A DNA stretch of 42,971 nucleotides from an uncultured Erysipelotrichaceae bacterium (GCA_902797265.1 CADBSF010000045.1:1-42971), one strand, 5' to 3'; counted from the stretch's first letter, positions 20,146 through 30,608 are shown. Numbers and translations: made by a program. Notes: generated by a model not told the origin, from the sequence alone.

Positions 20146-20928
20146 ATGATACGTTTGGGAGAACAAGAACCACTAATTAAACCGAAAGGAATGAAAGTGG
20201 AAAAAGGACAAGATAAAAATATTCAATTACCTAAAGTAGCTATTGGTGTTTTTTCAAAACATTTATTTCAAGATATCGTAGAAAAATTCAAATGTCGAGA
20301 AGTTGGTTATTTAAGTACCGCTAATCTGAATAAAAAAGTATATATTTTAGAATATAAGAAAAAACTATTTACTTTTTATATGGCAGGTGTAACTTCTCCT
20401 GTTACAGCAGGAGATATTGAAGAATTACATGCTCAAGGAGTAGAAACGGTAGTAATATTTGGAAATTGTGGTGTACTAGATTCTAGTATTGAAGATTGTT
20501 CCATTATCATTCCTAATCTTGCTTATCGAGAAGAAGGAACCAGTTATCATTATGTAGAAGCTAGTGATACCATTGAAGTTAATCCAAAATATAAAGAAGA
20601 TTTTATAAAAATATTAGATAAATATCATTTTGATTATACAATGGGAGCTACTTGGACAACAGACGCTATCTATAGAGAAACAAGAGATAAGATTAAGTAT
20701 TTTAAAAGTCTAAATGTAAAAACAGTAGAAATGGAAGGAGCAACCATTGCTGCGGTATGTAAATATTTGGAAATGGATTACTTTACCTTCTATTATGCAG
20801 GAGATAACCTAGATGGTGTGGAGTGGGATGAGAGAAGTATTAGTGAACTTACTAATATAGATAAGAAAAAAGAAGTAGCTATCTTAGCTTTAGAAATAGC
20901 TCATAAGATTAGTAAAGGAAGAGACTAG
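20146..20928 (+). CDS. Nucleoside phosphorylase (PNP/UDP family)
   Basis: FGNCGVL, AYREEGTSYHY, TWTTDAIYRET, VEMEGA. Confidence 0.92.
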   Translation: MIRLGEQEPLIKPKGMKVEKGQDKNIQLPKVAIGVFSKHLFQDIVEKFKCREVGYLSTANLNKKVYILEYKKKLFTFYMAGVTSPVTAGDIEELHAQGVETVVIFGNCGVLDSSIEDCSIIIPNLAYREEGTSYHYVEASDTIEVNPKYKEDFIKILDKYHFDYTMGATWTTDAIYRETRDKIKYFKSLNVKTVEMEGATIAAVCKYLEMDYFTFYYAGDNLDGVEWDERSISELTNIDKKKEVAILALEIAHKISKGRD

Positions 20929-20950
20929 AATGGTAGTCTTTTCTTTTTTT
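20922..20950 (+). terminator. Degenerate CTAG-family hairpin containing the stop codon
   Basis: agacta-gaatgg-tagtct plus T tract. Confidence 0.6.
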
Positions 20951-21014
20951 ATTTATAAGGAAAGTGCCTTTGCTTAAAAAAAATAAAAATGGGATAGTAT
21001 TTAAACTATCACAC

Positions 21015-21089
21015 TTTTTGATAAAACTATTTGTTTTTTCTTAATAATTGATATAATAGAAGTAAGGAGAATTTTATATGAAAAAATAT
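21015..21089 (+). repeat. 75-bp direct repeat, copy 2
   Basis: Same as 19227-19301; its ATG (21078) reads only MKKY*. Confidence 0.95.
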
Positions 21090-21246
21090 TGATATCATGT
21101 TACATCATATGATTGGAGACGAAGAAAAGGATAATGATCTATCTAAAATAGAAGATTATTCTACTTATGCTAGAAAGTATTTATTATCTCTTGGAATGGA
21201 AGAAGAAAATATTACGAAATTAATGAATCATTTATCTACTTTATAG
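21078..21246 (+). pseudogene. Deletion scar: gene start fused out of frame to a protein C-terminus
   Basis: MKKY* then, in another frame, NIDIMLHHMIGDEEKDNDLSKIEDYSTYARKYLLSLGMEEENITKLMNHLSTL*. Confidence 0.55.
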
Positions 21247-21318
21247 AAATCTAATAAAATCACTACTTTTATCATAAATATTTGAATATCTATGGTATGA
21301 TATATATGAAATGATGAA

Positions 21319-22269
21319 ATGAAGTGGGGTACTATGGTAAATTTTAAAGAATTAGATAAGAAACAACTAAAGAAGATGAAAGAAAATGAAAGAGTTGAAT
21401 ATCAATTAGAAGCATTAGAGTATTATGGAAATTTAAAAGATCAATTAGCTGACTTTAAAGATAAAGAAAAAATACATTCTTTGCTTTTAAATGTAGCGAG
21501 ATTAAATCCAACGAGAATTCATAAGTTAAATGAAATGACTTTGCCTTTTGATGAAAAAAACTGTATTTTTTCTGCTAATCATTCCAATGCTAATGATTTT
21601 ATGATATTAGCGCAGTTAATTAAAAATCATTTTTTCATTATGGCTGATTATACGATGATTAACGACCCAATCGTTGATAAATTAAATCAATTAAATGGTT
21701 GTATTTATCTCGATAGAAAATCTAAATCAAGTGGAAAGAATGCTATTTCACAAGCAATTGATGGAGTAGACCAAGGATATCATATGTTGATTTTTCCTGA
21801 AAGTACTTGGAACTTGTTTGATAAACGATTGATGTTACCTAGAAAATGGGGAGATATCATAATTGCTCAACAAACAAGCAGACCGATTATTCCTATTGGA
21901 TTGGTATATAATTCAAATAATTGTTTTGTAAAATTTGGAGAACCGTTTTATGTTAGACCAGAAGATGATATTAAGAAGTCATCAGAAGAACTAACTCATA
22001 TAATGGAAAAGTTAAGAAGTGATATTATAAATAGTTCCAAATATCAATTATTATATCAAGAGATTTCTTATGAAGAATGGTTAAAGAAAACAATCAAAAG
22101 TTATAGAAATTTTGATGTTGATTATGAAATGTCTGTTATTCGTAAAACAGATGATATTGATGAAAAAGAATTAGAAAGAATATTAACGATTGGAGAACAA
22201 GTTCATCCAGTAGAAACATTTGAAAAGAAATTGATTTATTCCAAAGTTAATTATAGGTTGAAGAGGTGA
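21319..22269 (+). CDS. PlsC-like (lysophospholipid acyltransferase family) protein
   Basis: NHSNAND (HX4D), IYLDR, IFPES, PIIPIG; start may be 21334. Confidence 0.85.
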   Translation: MKWGTMVNFKELDKKQLKKMKENERVEYQLEALEYYGNLKDQLADFKDKEKIHSLLLNVARLNPTRIHKLNEMTLPFDEKNCIFSANHSNANDFMILAQLIKNHFFIMADYTMINDPIVDKLNQLNGCIYLDRKSKSSGKNAISQAIDGVDQGYHMLIFPESTWNLFDKRLMLPRKWGDIIIAQQTSRPIIPIGLVYNSNNCFVKFGEPFYVRPEDDIKKSSEELTHIMEKLRSDIINSSKYQLLYQEISYEEWLKKTIKSYRNFDVDYEMSVIRKTDDIDEKELERILTIGEQVHPVETFEKKLIYSKVNYRLKR

Positions 22270-22273
22270 AACT

Positions 22274-24268
22274 ATGCATCATTTACACTTTACGATTTGT
22301 GCATTATTTATTACCATATTTTTACTTGTAGTATTTTTATCAAAAAAGAAAATGAAAACTATTGATAATTCTATCTTTTTATCCATGTTACTATTAAGTT
22401 TAATGGATACGATACTTATGATTATTATTGTATGTATCGGATATGGATTATTGGGAACAGAAAGTCTTGCTGTTATCTGTAATAAATTAGATTTTACAAC
22501 TTATATTTTTTGGACATCTTTATTATTTATCTATAACTATAATGCGATAAAGAATAGAAATCAAAATATTAATGTAATGATTCATATTGTTACTGCAATT
22601 GATATTCTATCTACTATTATTATGTTTTTTTTGCCAATTCATTTATATAATGAAAATGGAGTTATGTACGCTTATGGGACAGCACCTATTTTTACCTATG
22701 CAATTTGTGCAATGTATGGTTTAGCATTAGTAATTTTAATTATTTTTAATATTAAAAATATTGTTTTAAAAAAAATATATCCTTTATTTGTATTAGTAGC
22801 TTTAATTATTATATCGTTAGTTGCATATAAAATTAATCCTACTATTTTAATATTACCGGCTATTGTTTCTTATTTGAATTTAATCATTTATTTTACAATA
22901 GAGAATCCAGACTTAAAATTATTAAAAGAATCAGAAATTGCTAAGGAGCAAGCTGAAAGAGCTAATCGAGCAAAATCAGATTTCTTATCTAGTATGTCAC
23001 ATGAAATCAGAACTCCTTTAAATGCTATCATTGGATTTAGTGAAGATATTCAAAGACATAAAGAATCAGCTGATTCAGAAATCGTAGAAGATGCTAATTA
23101 TATTTTGGAAGCATCTCAAACATTATTAGAGATTGTTGGTAATATTTTAGATATTAATAAAATTGAAGCAAATAAAATGGAAATTATCGAAGTAAAGTAT
23201 AATTTTGTAGAAGAAATCCAATCACTTGCTAAAATTGATGCTACTAGAATAGGAGAAAAGAATATTAATTTTAAATTAAATTTAGCTCCTGATATTCCCT
23301 ATGAATTAATTGGAGATAAAATTCATTTAAAAGAAATTATTAATAACTTAGTAACAAACGCAATTAAATATACAGAAGAAGGAGATATTGAATTAACCGT
23401 AAATTGTATTAATCAAAAAGATATCTGTAATTTAATGATTAGTGTAAAAGATACTGGTAGAGGAATTAAAGCAGAAAATATAAATAAATTATTTTCTAAA
23501 TTTGAACGATTAGATATTGAAAAGAATACTACAACAGAAGGAACTGGATTAGGATTAGCAATTACAAAAGCATTAGTAGAAATGATGGGTGGAAAGATAA
23601 ATGTTCAATCTCAATTCGGAAAAGGATCCTTATTTTTGGTACAAATTCCTCAAAAAATCAGTATTATGAATCATCCAAATCCAACTTCTAGCATAACTCC
23701 TCTAGAAATCTTAGAAGAAGATAATAAAGAGAATGAAGTGATTTCTACTGATGGAGATATTTCTTCCTTTATGAATAAAAGAATTTTAATCGTTGATGAT
23801 AACAAACTAAATATTAAAGTTGCATATAGGGCATTACAAGACTTTTCATTAGTAATAGATGAGTGTTATGATGGAGAAGAGTGTTTAAGTAAAGTTCAAA
23901 AAGGAGACGAATATGATCTCATATTAATGGATATTATGATGCCTAATATGAGTGGAGAAACGGCCCTTAATAAATTAAAAGAAAATCCTAATTTTCATAT
24001 TCCTACAATAGCTTTAACAGCAGATGCTATTACAGGAGCAAAAGAAAAATACTTAGCCGAAGGATTTGTTGATTATCTTGCAAAACCATTTAATAAAGAT
24101 CAAATAAAAGAAAAATTAGATTATATTTTTAATACGAAAAATGATAAAAAGGAAATAGAAGAGCAAGAAGATGTAAAATCTTCTCTAAAATATAATCCAA
24201 ATGTGGATCGATTTAAAGATGCAACTTCTTATATTATAGGAGAAGAAAAGGAAAATATTTCTGAATAA
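22274..24268 (+). CDS. Hybrid sensor histidine kinase (multi-TM, HisKA, HATPase, REC)
   Basis: [33 protein letters not shown]; REC VDDN..MDIMMP..ALTAD..KPF; about 7 N-terminal hydrophobic segments. Confidence 0.95.
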   Translation: MHHLHFTICALFITIFLLVVFLSKKKMKTIDNSIFLSMLLLSLMDTILMIIIVCIGYGLLGTESLAVICNKLDFTTYIFWTSLLFIYNYNAIKNRNQNINVMIHIVTAIDILSTIIMFFLPIHLYNENGVMYAYGTAPIFTYAICAMYGLALVILIIFNIKNIVLKKIYPLFVLVALIIISLVAYKINPTILILPAIVSYLNLIIYFTIENPDLKLLKESEIAKEQAERANRAKSDFLSSMSHEIRTPLNAIIGFSEDIQRHKESADSEIVEDANYILEASQTLLEIVGNILDINKIEANKMEIIEVKYNFVEEIQSLAKIDATRIGEKNINFKLNLAPDIPYELIGDKIHLKEIINNLVTNAIKYTEEGDIELTVNCINQKDICNLMISVKDTGRGIKAENINKLFSKFERLDIEKNTTTEGTGLGLAITKALVEMMGGKINVQSQFGKGSLFLVQIPQKISIMNHPNPTSSITPLEILEEDNKENEVISTDGDISSFMNKRILIVDDNKLNIKVAYRALQDFSLVIDECYDGEECLSKVQKGDEYDLILMDIMMPNMSGETALNKLKENPNFHIPTIALTADAITGAKEKYLAEGFVDYLAKPFNKDQIKEKLDYIFNTKNDKKEIEEQEDVKSSLKYNPNVDRFKDATSYIIGEEKENISE

Positions 24269-24318
24269 AAAGAATTATATTGGGTTATTCCTTCCTTATA
24301 TAAAAAGAAGTAAAATTT

Positions 24319-24350
24319 AGGAAAGAAAAAAGCATTTTCTTTCCTTTTTT
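24319..24350 (+). terminator. Intrinsic terminator
   Basis: aggaaagaaaa-aagca-ttttctttcct plus T tract. Confidence 0.7.
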
Positions 24351-24372
24351 AGTAGTAAAATGCTTTATTTAC

Positions 24373-24401
24373 TTTACAAAATTCCATATTTATGGTATAA
24401 T
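24373..24401 (+). promoter_or_regulatory. sigmaA promoter
   Basis: TTTACA-17-TATAAT with TG extension. Confidence 0.75.
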
Positions 24402-24433
24402 TAACACGTTTTCAAAAGAGGTGGTTAAATAAA

Positions 24434-25459
24434 ATGACACAAGATAATATATTAAGTCCAGAAATTAAATTAATTCGATCTGATGTATTCTATTTATTCT
24501 ATGAAATGATGATGCAATCGTTAAAAACAGATAATGTAAAAGATGGTTTAAATAAATCATTATTTCTATTAAGAAGACATTTAAGTTCTGGTAATATTGC
24601 TTTATTTCGTAAAAATAATGATGGAAGTTACGTATATAAGATGTCAGATAGTGGTATGACTGAGTTAATACAACCAGTTAGTTGTATTATTAATAAGACA
24701 AGTACTTTAACAAAACAAAAAGAAGTATTTGATTTAGAATTAAATTTATCAACACGATTAAAGAATATGATTTTAATTCATATTAATATAGATGATAAAG
24801 ATGATTGTATCTTATCTATATTAAATACGAAACAAGATAAAGAGTTAGAGCCTCAATTCTGGAATCGATTAAAAGATACTATGTCTATTATTCTAAAAAG
24901 AACTGCAAGTTATGAAAGAAATGTAAGAGCAATTACTACTGATATGTTAACAGGATTGGATAATAGAAATTCTTACGAAATGAGAACTCATTCTATTGAT
25001 GAGAATGATGACAATTTAGTTGTTGGAGTATTTGATTTATTCCAATTAAAACAGATAAATGATAATTATACACATACCAAAGGTGATGAGTATATCAAGA
25101 AAGCTGCTGATATATTACGAAAATATTGGCCAAAAGAAAAAGTGAAACAAGATGAAAATGGCATTGAATCTTTTCAAGAAACTGGTCACTGTGTATATCG
25201 TGTAGGAGGAGATGAATTTGTTCTTCTTACTACCGTTGAAAACTATCAATTAGCTAGTATTAAATCTTCACTAGCAACAGATGAATCACATTTGATTGAT
25301 ATCGGAATAGATGATACGATTCCACTTGGTATTAATTGTGGTATTGTTAAACATAATCCAGGGGATTATTTTAAACAGACATTTATGAGAACAGATGAGA
25401 TCATGCAAAAGGATAAAACATTAATGTATCAAAAATATAATGTTGAAAGAAGACGTTAA
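24434..25459 (+). CDS. GGDEF-domain protein with possible GAF-like N-terminus
   Basis: TDMLTGLDNR, KQINDNYTHTKGD, YRVGGDEF. Confidence 0.88.
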   Translation: MTQDNILSPEIKLIRSDVFYLFYEMMMQSLKTDNVKDGLNKSLFLLRRHLSSGNIALFRKNNDGSYVYKMSDSGMTELIQPVSCIINKTSTLTKQKEVFDLELNLSTRLKNMILIHINIDDKDDCILSILNTKQDKELEPQFWNRLKDTMSIILKRTASYERNVRAITTDMLTGLDNRNSYEMRTHSIDENDDNLVVGVFDLFQLKQINDNYTHTKGDEYIKKAADILRKYWPKEKVKQDENGIESFQETGHCVYRVGGDEFVLLTTVENYQLASIKSSLATDESHLIDIGIDDTIPLGINCGIVKHNPGDYFKQTFMRTDEIMQKDKTLMYQKYNVERRR

Positions 25460-25464
25460 TTATT

Positions 25465-25492
25465 ATACTGAGAGAAATCTCAGTATTATTTT
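25465..25492 (+). terminator. Intrinsic terminator
   Basis: atactgaga-gaaa-tctcagtat. Confidence 0.7.
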
Positions 25493-25742
25493 GTCATCTA
25501 TTATCAATGAAAATATTTGTTTTTTTGCGTTAAAATACAATCGGAGAGATGACGAAGAATGAAAATGATTAAGGATATTACATATAATAAGTATACTAGT
25601 AATTAATTATTAGGAATTGAAGGGCAAGTATAGATTATTTAAGTCTTTCCTTTCCTAAGGAATCTTCTTATACAGATTATGAGACAAAAAATACTGTAAT
25701 TGCTAGATGTTTTTATACAAACTATAATTATAATAGAAAAGG

Positions 25743-27089
25743 ATGATAAACTTGATATCAAATAATGAAGAATTAAATCATGATTTTTTTAATCATATTG
25801 ATAATATTTTAAAAATAATTCAAGCAACTAGTGAACTATTTATATCTGTTCACTTATTTGATTTGAAAGAAAATAAATTAATTCCTATAAAAACAAATGA
25901 AAGAATTAGACAATTATCAGAGAATTTTTCAAGCGCTCAAGAAATTGTTTCCTTTGTAATGGAAAATGTATCTGCACCAGAAACATTAGATTCGATAAAA
26001 GAATTTACTACATTAGAAACACTTCCTGAAAGATTAAAAGATAAAAAAATGTTATCTCAAATGTTTCAAGGAAAGTATCTTGGTTGGTGTAATACTATGT
26101 TTGTAAAACTAGATGAAGAAGTTCCACTTAGATATGTATTATGTATCGTAGAAAATGTTGATAAGGATGTTAAACGAATAAAAGCCTTAAGAAAAACAAA
26201 AAGAGAAAATTCTAAGTTAAATAGTATAGTGGATGCTTTAATGGCTGAATATACAACCGTATGTTCTGTAAATTTAGATAATGAACATGTAGAATTTTTA
26301 AGAACTAGTGAGCGATCAAGCAATGTATTAAACGAAGGAAATATGGAACCTATTTATCATAATTTAATTAATTATTATATTGATAATGGAATCTATCAAA
26401 AAGATAGGAAAGTAACCAAAGAATTCTTTTCAATTGATAATTTAAAAAGTATAAAATCAGGTGCTAGTAAATCCTTAATCTATAGAAATGAATTTAAAGA
26501 ATACGGAGAAACAAAATTAATTCGTACTGGAAAAAAGTATGTACTAATAGGTTTTTCTGAACAGAAGAAAAGAATTGAAGAAATGAAAGAAATAATCTTT
26601 ACCGATTCTTTAACGAAAGTAAAGAATAGAAAGTATTACGATGAAGAATTAGTTGCTCAAAAATGTCAAGGATTAGTGATGGCAGATATTGATTATTTTA
26701 AAACAGTTAATGATACTTATGGTCATCAAGTAGGGGATCAAGTATTAATGATGATTTCTAAAGCATTAAAATCTTGTGTTAGAAAAACAGATGAGATTAT
26801 TAGATATGGTGGAGATGAATTTATTATTTCATTTCAAGAAATAACAAAAGAAGCTTTAGAAACGTTACTAGAAAAGATGAGAGAAAAAGTGGAAAAAATT
26901 AAGATAGAAGAGTATCCAAATATTCAATTAAGTATGAGTTTTGGCGCAGTATTTGGAGATTCTATTGTAGAAAAGATGGTTACAACAGCAGATGAATCAT
27001 TATATGTTTCAAAAGAAAATAGAAATATGGTTACCATTGTACCCTATGAAGAACAAAAAGTATTAAAATACAATTTAGGAAGTAGATAA
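25743..27089 (+). CDS. Diguanylate cyclase (GGDEF with RxxD I-site), cytoplasmic sensor-like N-terminus
   Basis: DIDYFKTVNDTYGHQVGD, RKTD-EIIRY-GGDEF. Confidence 0.92.
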   Translation: MINLISNNEELNHDFFNHIDNILKIIQATSELFISVHLFDLKENKLIPIKTNERIRQLSENFSSAQEIVSFVMENVSAPETLDSIKEFTTLETLPERLKDKKMLSQMFQGKYLGWCNTMFVKLDEEVPLRYVLCIVENVDKDVKRIKALRKTKRENSKLNSIVDALMAEYTTVCSVNLDNEHVEFLRTSERSSNVLNEGNMEPIYHNLINYYIDNGIYQKDRKVTKEFFSIDNLKSIKSGASKSLIYRNEFKEYGETKLIRTGKKYVLIGFSEQKKRIEEMKEIIFTDSLTKVKNRKYYDEELVAQKCQGLVMADIDYFKTVNDTYGHQVGDQVLMMISKALKSCVRKTDEIIRYGGDEFIISFQEITKEALETLLEKMREKVEKIKIEEYPNIQLSMSFGAVFGDSIVEKMVTTADESLYVSKENRNMVTIVPYEEQKVLKYNLGSR

Positions 27090-27096
27090 TAAGTAT

Positions 27097-27119
27097 AAGA
27101 CTAGATATTCTAGTCTTTT
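27097..27119 (+). terminator. CTAG-family hairpin abutting the next promoter
   Basis: aagactaga-tat-tctagtctt, then TGATACAAT at 27121. Confidence 0.75.
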
Positions 27120-27147
27120 ATGATACAATAATATTAGGAGGGGTGTT

Positions 27148-28422
27148 ATGAAAATATGGATTCGAAATGGATATGTAATATCAATGGATGAAAAAAAAGA
27201 AATCATAACCCAAGAAGATATTGTCATTGAAAATGACATAATTCTATTTATAGGAAAAAATTATAAAGGAAGTTATGATAAAATAATAGATGCCAAAGAT
27301 AGGTATGTATTACCAGGATTAATCAATTGTCATACTCACTTAGGAATGAGTATTTTTAAAGGTACCAATGATAATTATCCATTAGACAAATGGTTAAAAG
27401 AATATATTTGGCCAATAGAAGATCAGTTAACTGATGAAGATATGTATGATACAACCTTATTATCTATCATAGAAATGATAAAAACAGGAACTACTTGTTT
27501 TAATGATATGTATTATAATTGGAAAGGAAGTATGAAAGCTTTTTCTGAAACAGGAATACGAGGAGTCTATGGAAGATGCTTAATTGGAGAAAAAGAAGAA
27601 TGGGATAAAAGAGAAAAAGATTTTGAAGAATTGTATCAGTCAAATAAAAATGATTTAATAAAATTATCGATAGGAATTCATTCTCTATATACAACAAATA
27701 TAGATTCTCTTATAAAAGGAGAACATCTTGCTACAAAATATCATTTGCCAATTCATATTCATTTATCAGAAAACAAAGAAGAAGTGAAAACTATTAAGAA
27801 TCGATATCAGATGGAACCAATCCAAGTATTAGAAAAGTATGGTTTATTAAAGCATAAGATGGTAATTGCTCATGGTACTTTTTTAAGTAAAAAGGAAATC
27901 AATTTAATTAAAGGAAAAGATATAAGTATTTGTACGAATCCTATTAGTAATTTAAATTTAGGATGTGGTATTAGTGATATTAGTAGTTATCGTAAAGAAG
28001 GTATTAATGTTTGTTTAGGTACAGATGGAGTAGGTTCTGGAAATACATTGAATCTTTTTTATCATATGAGTATGGTAGATAATTTACAAAAGGGAATCTA
28101 TCAAGATCCAACGATTATGTCAAGTTATGAAGTATTAAAAATGGCAACGATTAATGGAGCAAAAGCTTTAGGTTTAGAGAATTTCATTGGTAGTCTTGAA
28201 GTTGGAAAAAATGCTGATATCATAATACTAGATATAGATGAAATTGATAAATGTACAACAACTAATCCCATTATTCAAATAGTTCACAATGGCTGGAACA
28301 ATTATGTAGATACAACTATTGTGAATGGAAAAATTGTAATGGAAAAGAAAGAATTAAAGATGAATATTGATATCCATAAATTACAAAATAAAATGAAAGA
28401 AATTCAGGAAAGATTAAAATAA
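27148..28422 (+). CDS. Amidohydrolase, MtaD-like (methylthioadenosine/SAH deaminase family)
   Basis: LPGLINCHTH, EMIKTGTT, HIHLSE, GTDG, GSLEVGKNAD. Confidence 0.85.
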   Translation: MKIWIRNGYVISMDEKKEIITQEDIVIENDIILFIGKNYKGSYDKIIDAKDRYVLPGLINCHTHLGMSIFKGTNDNYPLDKWLKEYIWPIEDQLTDEDMYDTTLLSIIEMIKTGTTCFNDMYYNWKGSMKAFSETGIRGVYGRCLIGEKEEWDKREKDFEELYQSNKNDLIKLSIGIHSLYTTNIDSLIKGEHLATKYHLPIHIHLSENKEEVKTIKNRYQMEPIQVLEKYGLLKHKMVIAHGTFLSKKEINLIKGKDISICTNPISNLNLGCGISDISSYRKEGINVCLGTDGVGSGNTLNLFYHMSMVDNLQKGIYQDPTIMSSYEVLKMATINGAKALGLENFIGSLEVGKNADIIILDIDEIDKCTTTNPIIQIVHNGWNNYVDTTIVNGKIVMEKKELKMNIDIHKLQNKMKEIQERLK

Positions 28423-28438
28423 GAAAGGAAAGAGATAT

Positions 28439-28744
28439 ATGTTAGAAGGAAAAAAAGATAATTTTCAAAAAGAAGTTTTAGAAAGTGATAAGAGAGTATT
28501 AGTAGATTTTAATGCTGGTTGGTGTGGACCTTGTAGAATGTTAAAACCCATTCTAGAAGAGTTATCAAAAACAAGAGAAGATATCAAAATAGTATCAGTT
28601 GATATTGATGAAGAAGAGGAACTTGCTAGTGAATATCAAGTATCTGCTATTCCTTGCATTGTTCTTATGAAAAATGGAAAAGAAGAAAAAAGAAATGTTG
28701 GTTTCTTGTCACGTGAAGAATTAGAAGAATTTTTAGGAGAATAG
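28439..28744 (+). CDS. trxA: Thioredoxin
   Basis: WCGPC active site, 101 aa. Confidence 0.93.
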   Translation: MLEGKKDNFQKEVLESDKRVLVDFNAGWCGPCRMLKPILEELSKTREDIKIVSVDIDEEEELASEYQVSAIPCIVLMKNGKEEKRNVGFLSREELEEFLGE

Positions 28745-28745
28745 T

Positions 28746-29654
28746 ATGTACGATATTATTATTATAGGAGCAGGGCCTGCTGGATTAACAGCTGCCATAT
28801 ATGCCTTACGTGCCGCAAAAAAAGTATTAATATTAGAAGCAAAAGGTTATGGAGGACAAATCATAAATACTTTAGATATTGAAAACTATCCAGGAGAAGA
28901 ACATATCTCCGGATTTGATTTTGCAACCAAGTTAATGAATCAAGTAAAAAATCTAGGAGTGGAGATTCAGTATGAAAAAGCTCTAACAATAAAGAAACAA
29001 AATGATTTTTTTGAAGTTGAAACAACGAAACAATCTTATCAAGGAAAAACAGTTATTCTCGCAACAGGAACAAATACCAAAAAGTTAGGACTACCTAGAG
29101 AAGAGGAATTACTAGGAAAAGGAATTTCTTATTGTGCAACTTGTGATGGAGCATTTTATAAAAACAAAATAGTAGCGGTTGTTGGAGGAGGAAATACTGC
29201 CTTAGAAGACGCTTATTACTTATCTGATTTAGCAGAAAAAGTTTATTTAATCCATAGAAGAGATGAATTTAGAGGAGATAGAAAAACATTAGATAGATTA
29301 AAAGGAAAAAATAATGTTGAAATTATCTACCAATCTATTGTTACTAAATTAAATGGTTCATCAAAACTAGAAGGGATAGAATTGATGAATCAAGATAATA
29401 ATACTATTTCCTTAGATGTAGATGGCTTATTTATTGCAATTGGAAGAAATCCAGAAAATGATATTGTTAAAGATATAGTTACATTAGATGAAAATAACTA
29501 TATTGTTGCGGATGAGAATGGAAAAACAAATCAAGATGGAATTTTTGCTGCTGGAGATAATCGACAAAAAGAATTAAGACAATTAGTTACCGCAACAGCT
29601 GATGGAGCAATTGCTGCCGTTGAAGCAATCAAATATATAAATAATAGAAGATAA
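28746..29654 (+). CDS. trxB: Thioredoxin reductase
   Basis: GAGPAG, CATCDG, GGGNTA, HRRDEFR, FAAGD. Confidence 0.95.
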   Translation: MYDIIIIGAGPAGLTAAIYALRAAKKVLILEAKGYGGQIINTLDIENYPGEEHISGFDFATKLMNQVKNLGVEIQYEKALTIKKQNDFFEVETTKQSYQGKTVILATGTNTKKLGLPREEELLGKGISYCATCDGAFYKNKIVAVVGGGNTALEDAYYLSDLAEKVYLIHRRDEFRGDRKTLDRLKGKNNVEIIYQSIVTKLNGSSKLEGIELMNQDNNTISLDVDGLFIAIGRNPENDIVKDIVTLDENNYIVADENGKTNQDGIFAAGDNRQKELRQLVTATADGAIAAVEAIKYINNRR

Positions 29655-29699
29655 AAAGAATGATAATCTAAACATTAGATAATTGTTTATATGAAATTT

Positions 29700-29728
29700 A
29701 GAATTTGATATTTATCAAATTCTTTTTT
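29700..29728 (+). terminator. Intrinsic terminator
   Basis: agaatttgat-attt-atcaaattct plus T tract. Confidence 0.7.
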
Positions 29729-29929
29729 AAATATAATTAAAATTCTAAAGTCCAAAATGTCATATTAATGCCTAACAAAACAATAATTAGAAACATGATT
29801 AATAAATAGTAAGAAAAAAAAACAAATATGATTTAAATTAGATTTACGTATATTAAAAATAAATTATTTTGAATTGATGAAAATATTGATAAAAATATGA
29901 TATATTATAATTAAGAAAGGAAGTGTTTA

Positions 29930-30538
29930 TTGATGAGTTTAAAGAAAATTTTTAGTTTAGTAATTCCGGGAATTGCATTTTTATTATTTATTAATACATT
30001 CCTACCATTTTATTCAACATCTTGGGCTAGTGCAAATTTATGGAGAATGTCTAAGAGTATTTCGGTATTCATTTTACTAAGTGCCATTGCAGTTGCTGCC
30101 GTATATATCTTATATTTTTTGGGAATACTAAAAGAAAAATTGGTTAGTTATGGATATTTAGGAATTGGATTCCTTGGTTTATTCCATATCGCATATTTTT
30201 TCGATATTGTTGAAAACGGTTCCATTGGACTATGGTTTGGATTAATCTTATCTTTAGGATTAATTGGTTGTTCAATTGTTTGGAACTTCTTAAGTGATAC
30301 TCCATTACCTGCAAAACCAAAACCGGTTCCTCCTACCCCAATTACTCCTAATGGGATGGTTGCTCCACAACAGCCAGTAAATTCTGCACCTGTAGCTCCA
30401 GCTCCTGTTACACAACCAACTGAACCAGTAGTAACTCCAGAGCCATCTACTCCAGCTCCTGCACCTACACCAACAGTAGAAGCACCAAAAGAAATTGCTG
30501 GATATGATCCTCAAACAGGAGCACCTATTTATAAATAA
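29930..30538 (+). CDS. 4-TM membrane protein with Pro-rich tail ending GYDPQTGAPIYK
   Basis: Four hydrophobic segments then a P/A/T-rich low-complexity region. Confidence 0.8.
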   Translation: MMSLKKIFSLVIPGIAFLLFINTFLPFYSTSWASANLWRMSKSISVFILLSAIAVAAVYILYFLGILKEKLVSYGYLGIGFLGLFHIAYFFDIVENGSIGLWFGLILSLGLIGCSIVWNFLSDTPLPAKPKPVPPTPITPNGMVAPQQPVNSAPVAPAPVTQPTEPVVTPEPSTPAPAPTPTVEAPKEIAGYDPQTGAPIYK

Positions 30539-30553
30539 TCATCAATAGTAATT

Positions 30554-30586
30554 GAAAAAGGCAAATAAGTAATATTTGTCTTTTTC
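30554..30586 (+). terminator. Intrinsic terminator
   Basis: gaaaaaggcaaata-agtaa-tatttgtctttttc. Confidence 0.75.
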
Positions 30587-30608
30587 AAATTAAGAAAGAA
30601 GGAATAAA

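Noticed and set aside
25490-25742. c-di-GMP riboswitch or sRNA between the GGDEF genes
   Set aside because: No recognisable GEMM consensus by eye; a covariance-model search would be needed.
24434-27089. Hypr-type (cGAMP-forming) GGDEF
   Set aside because: Both keep Asp in the HxxGD position rather than the Ser associated with Hypr enzymes.
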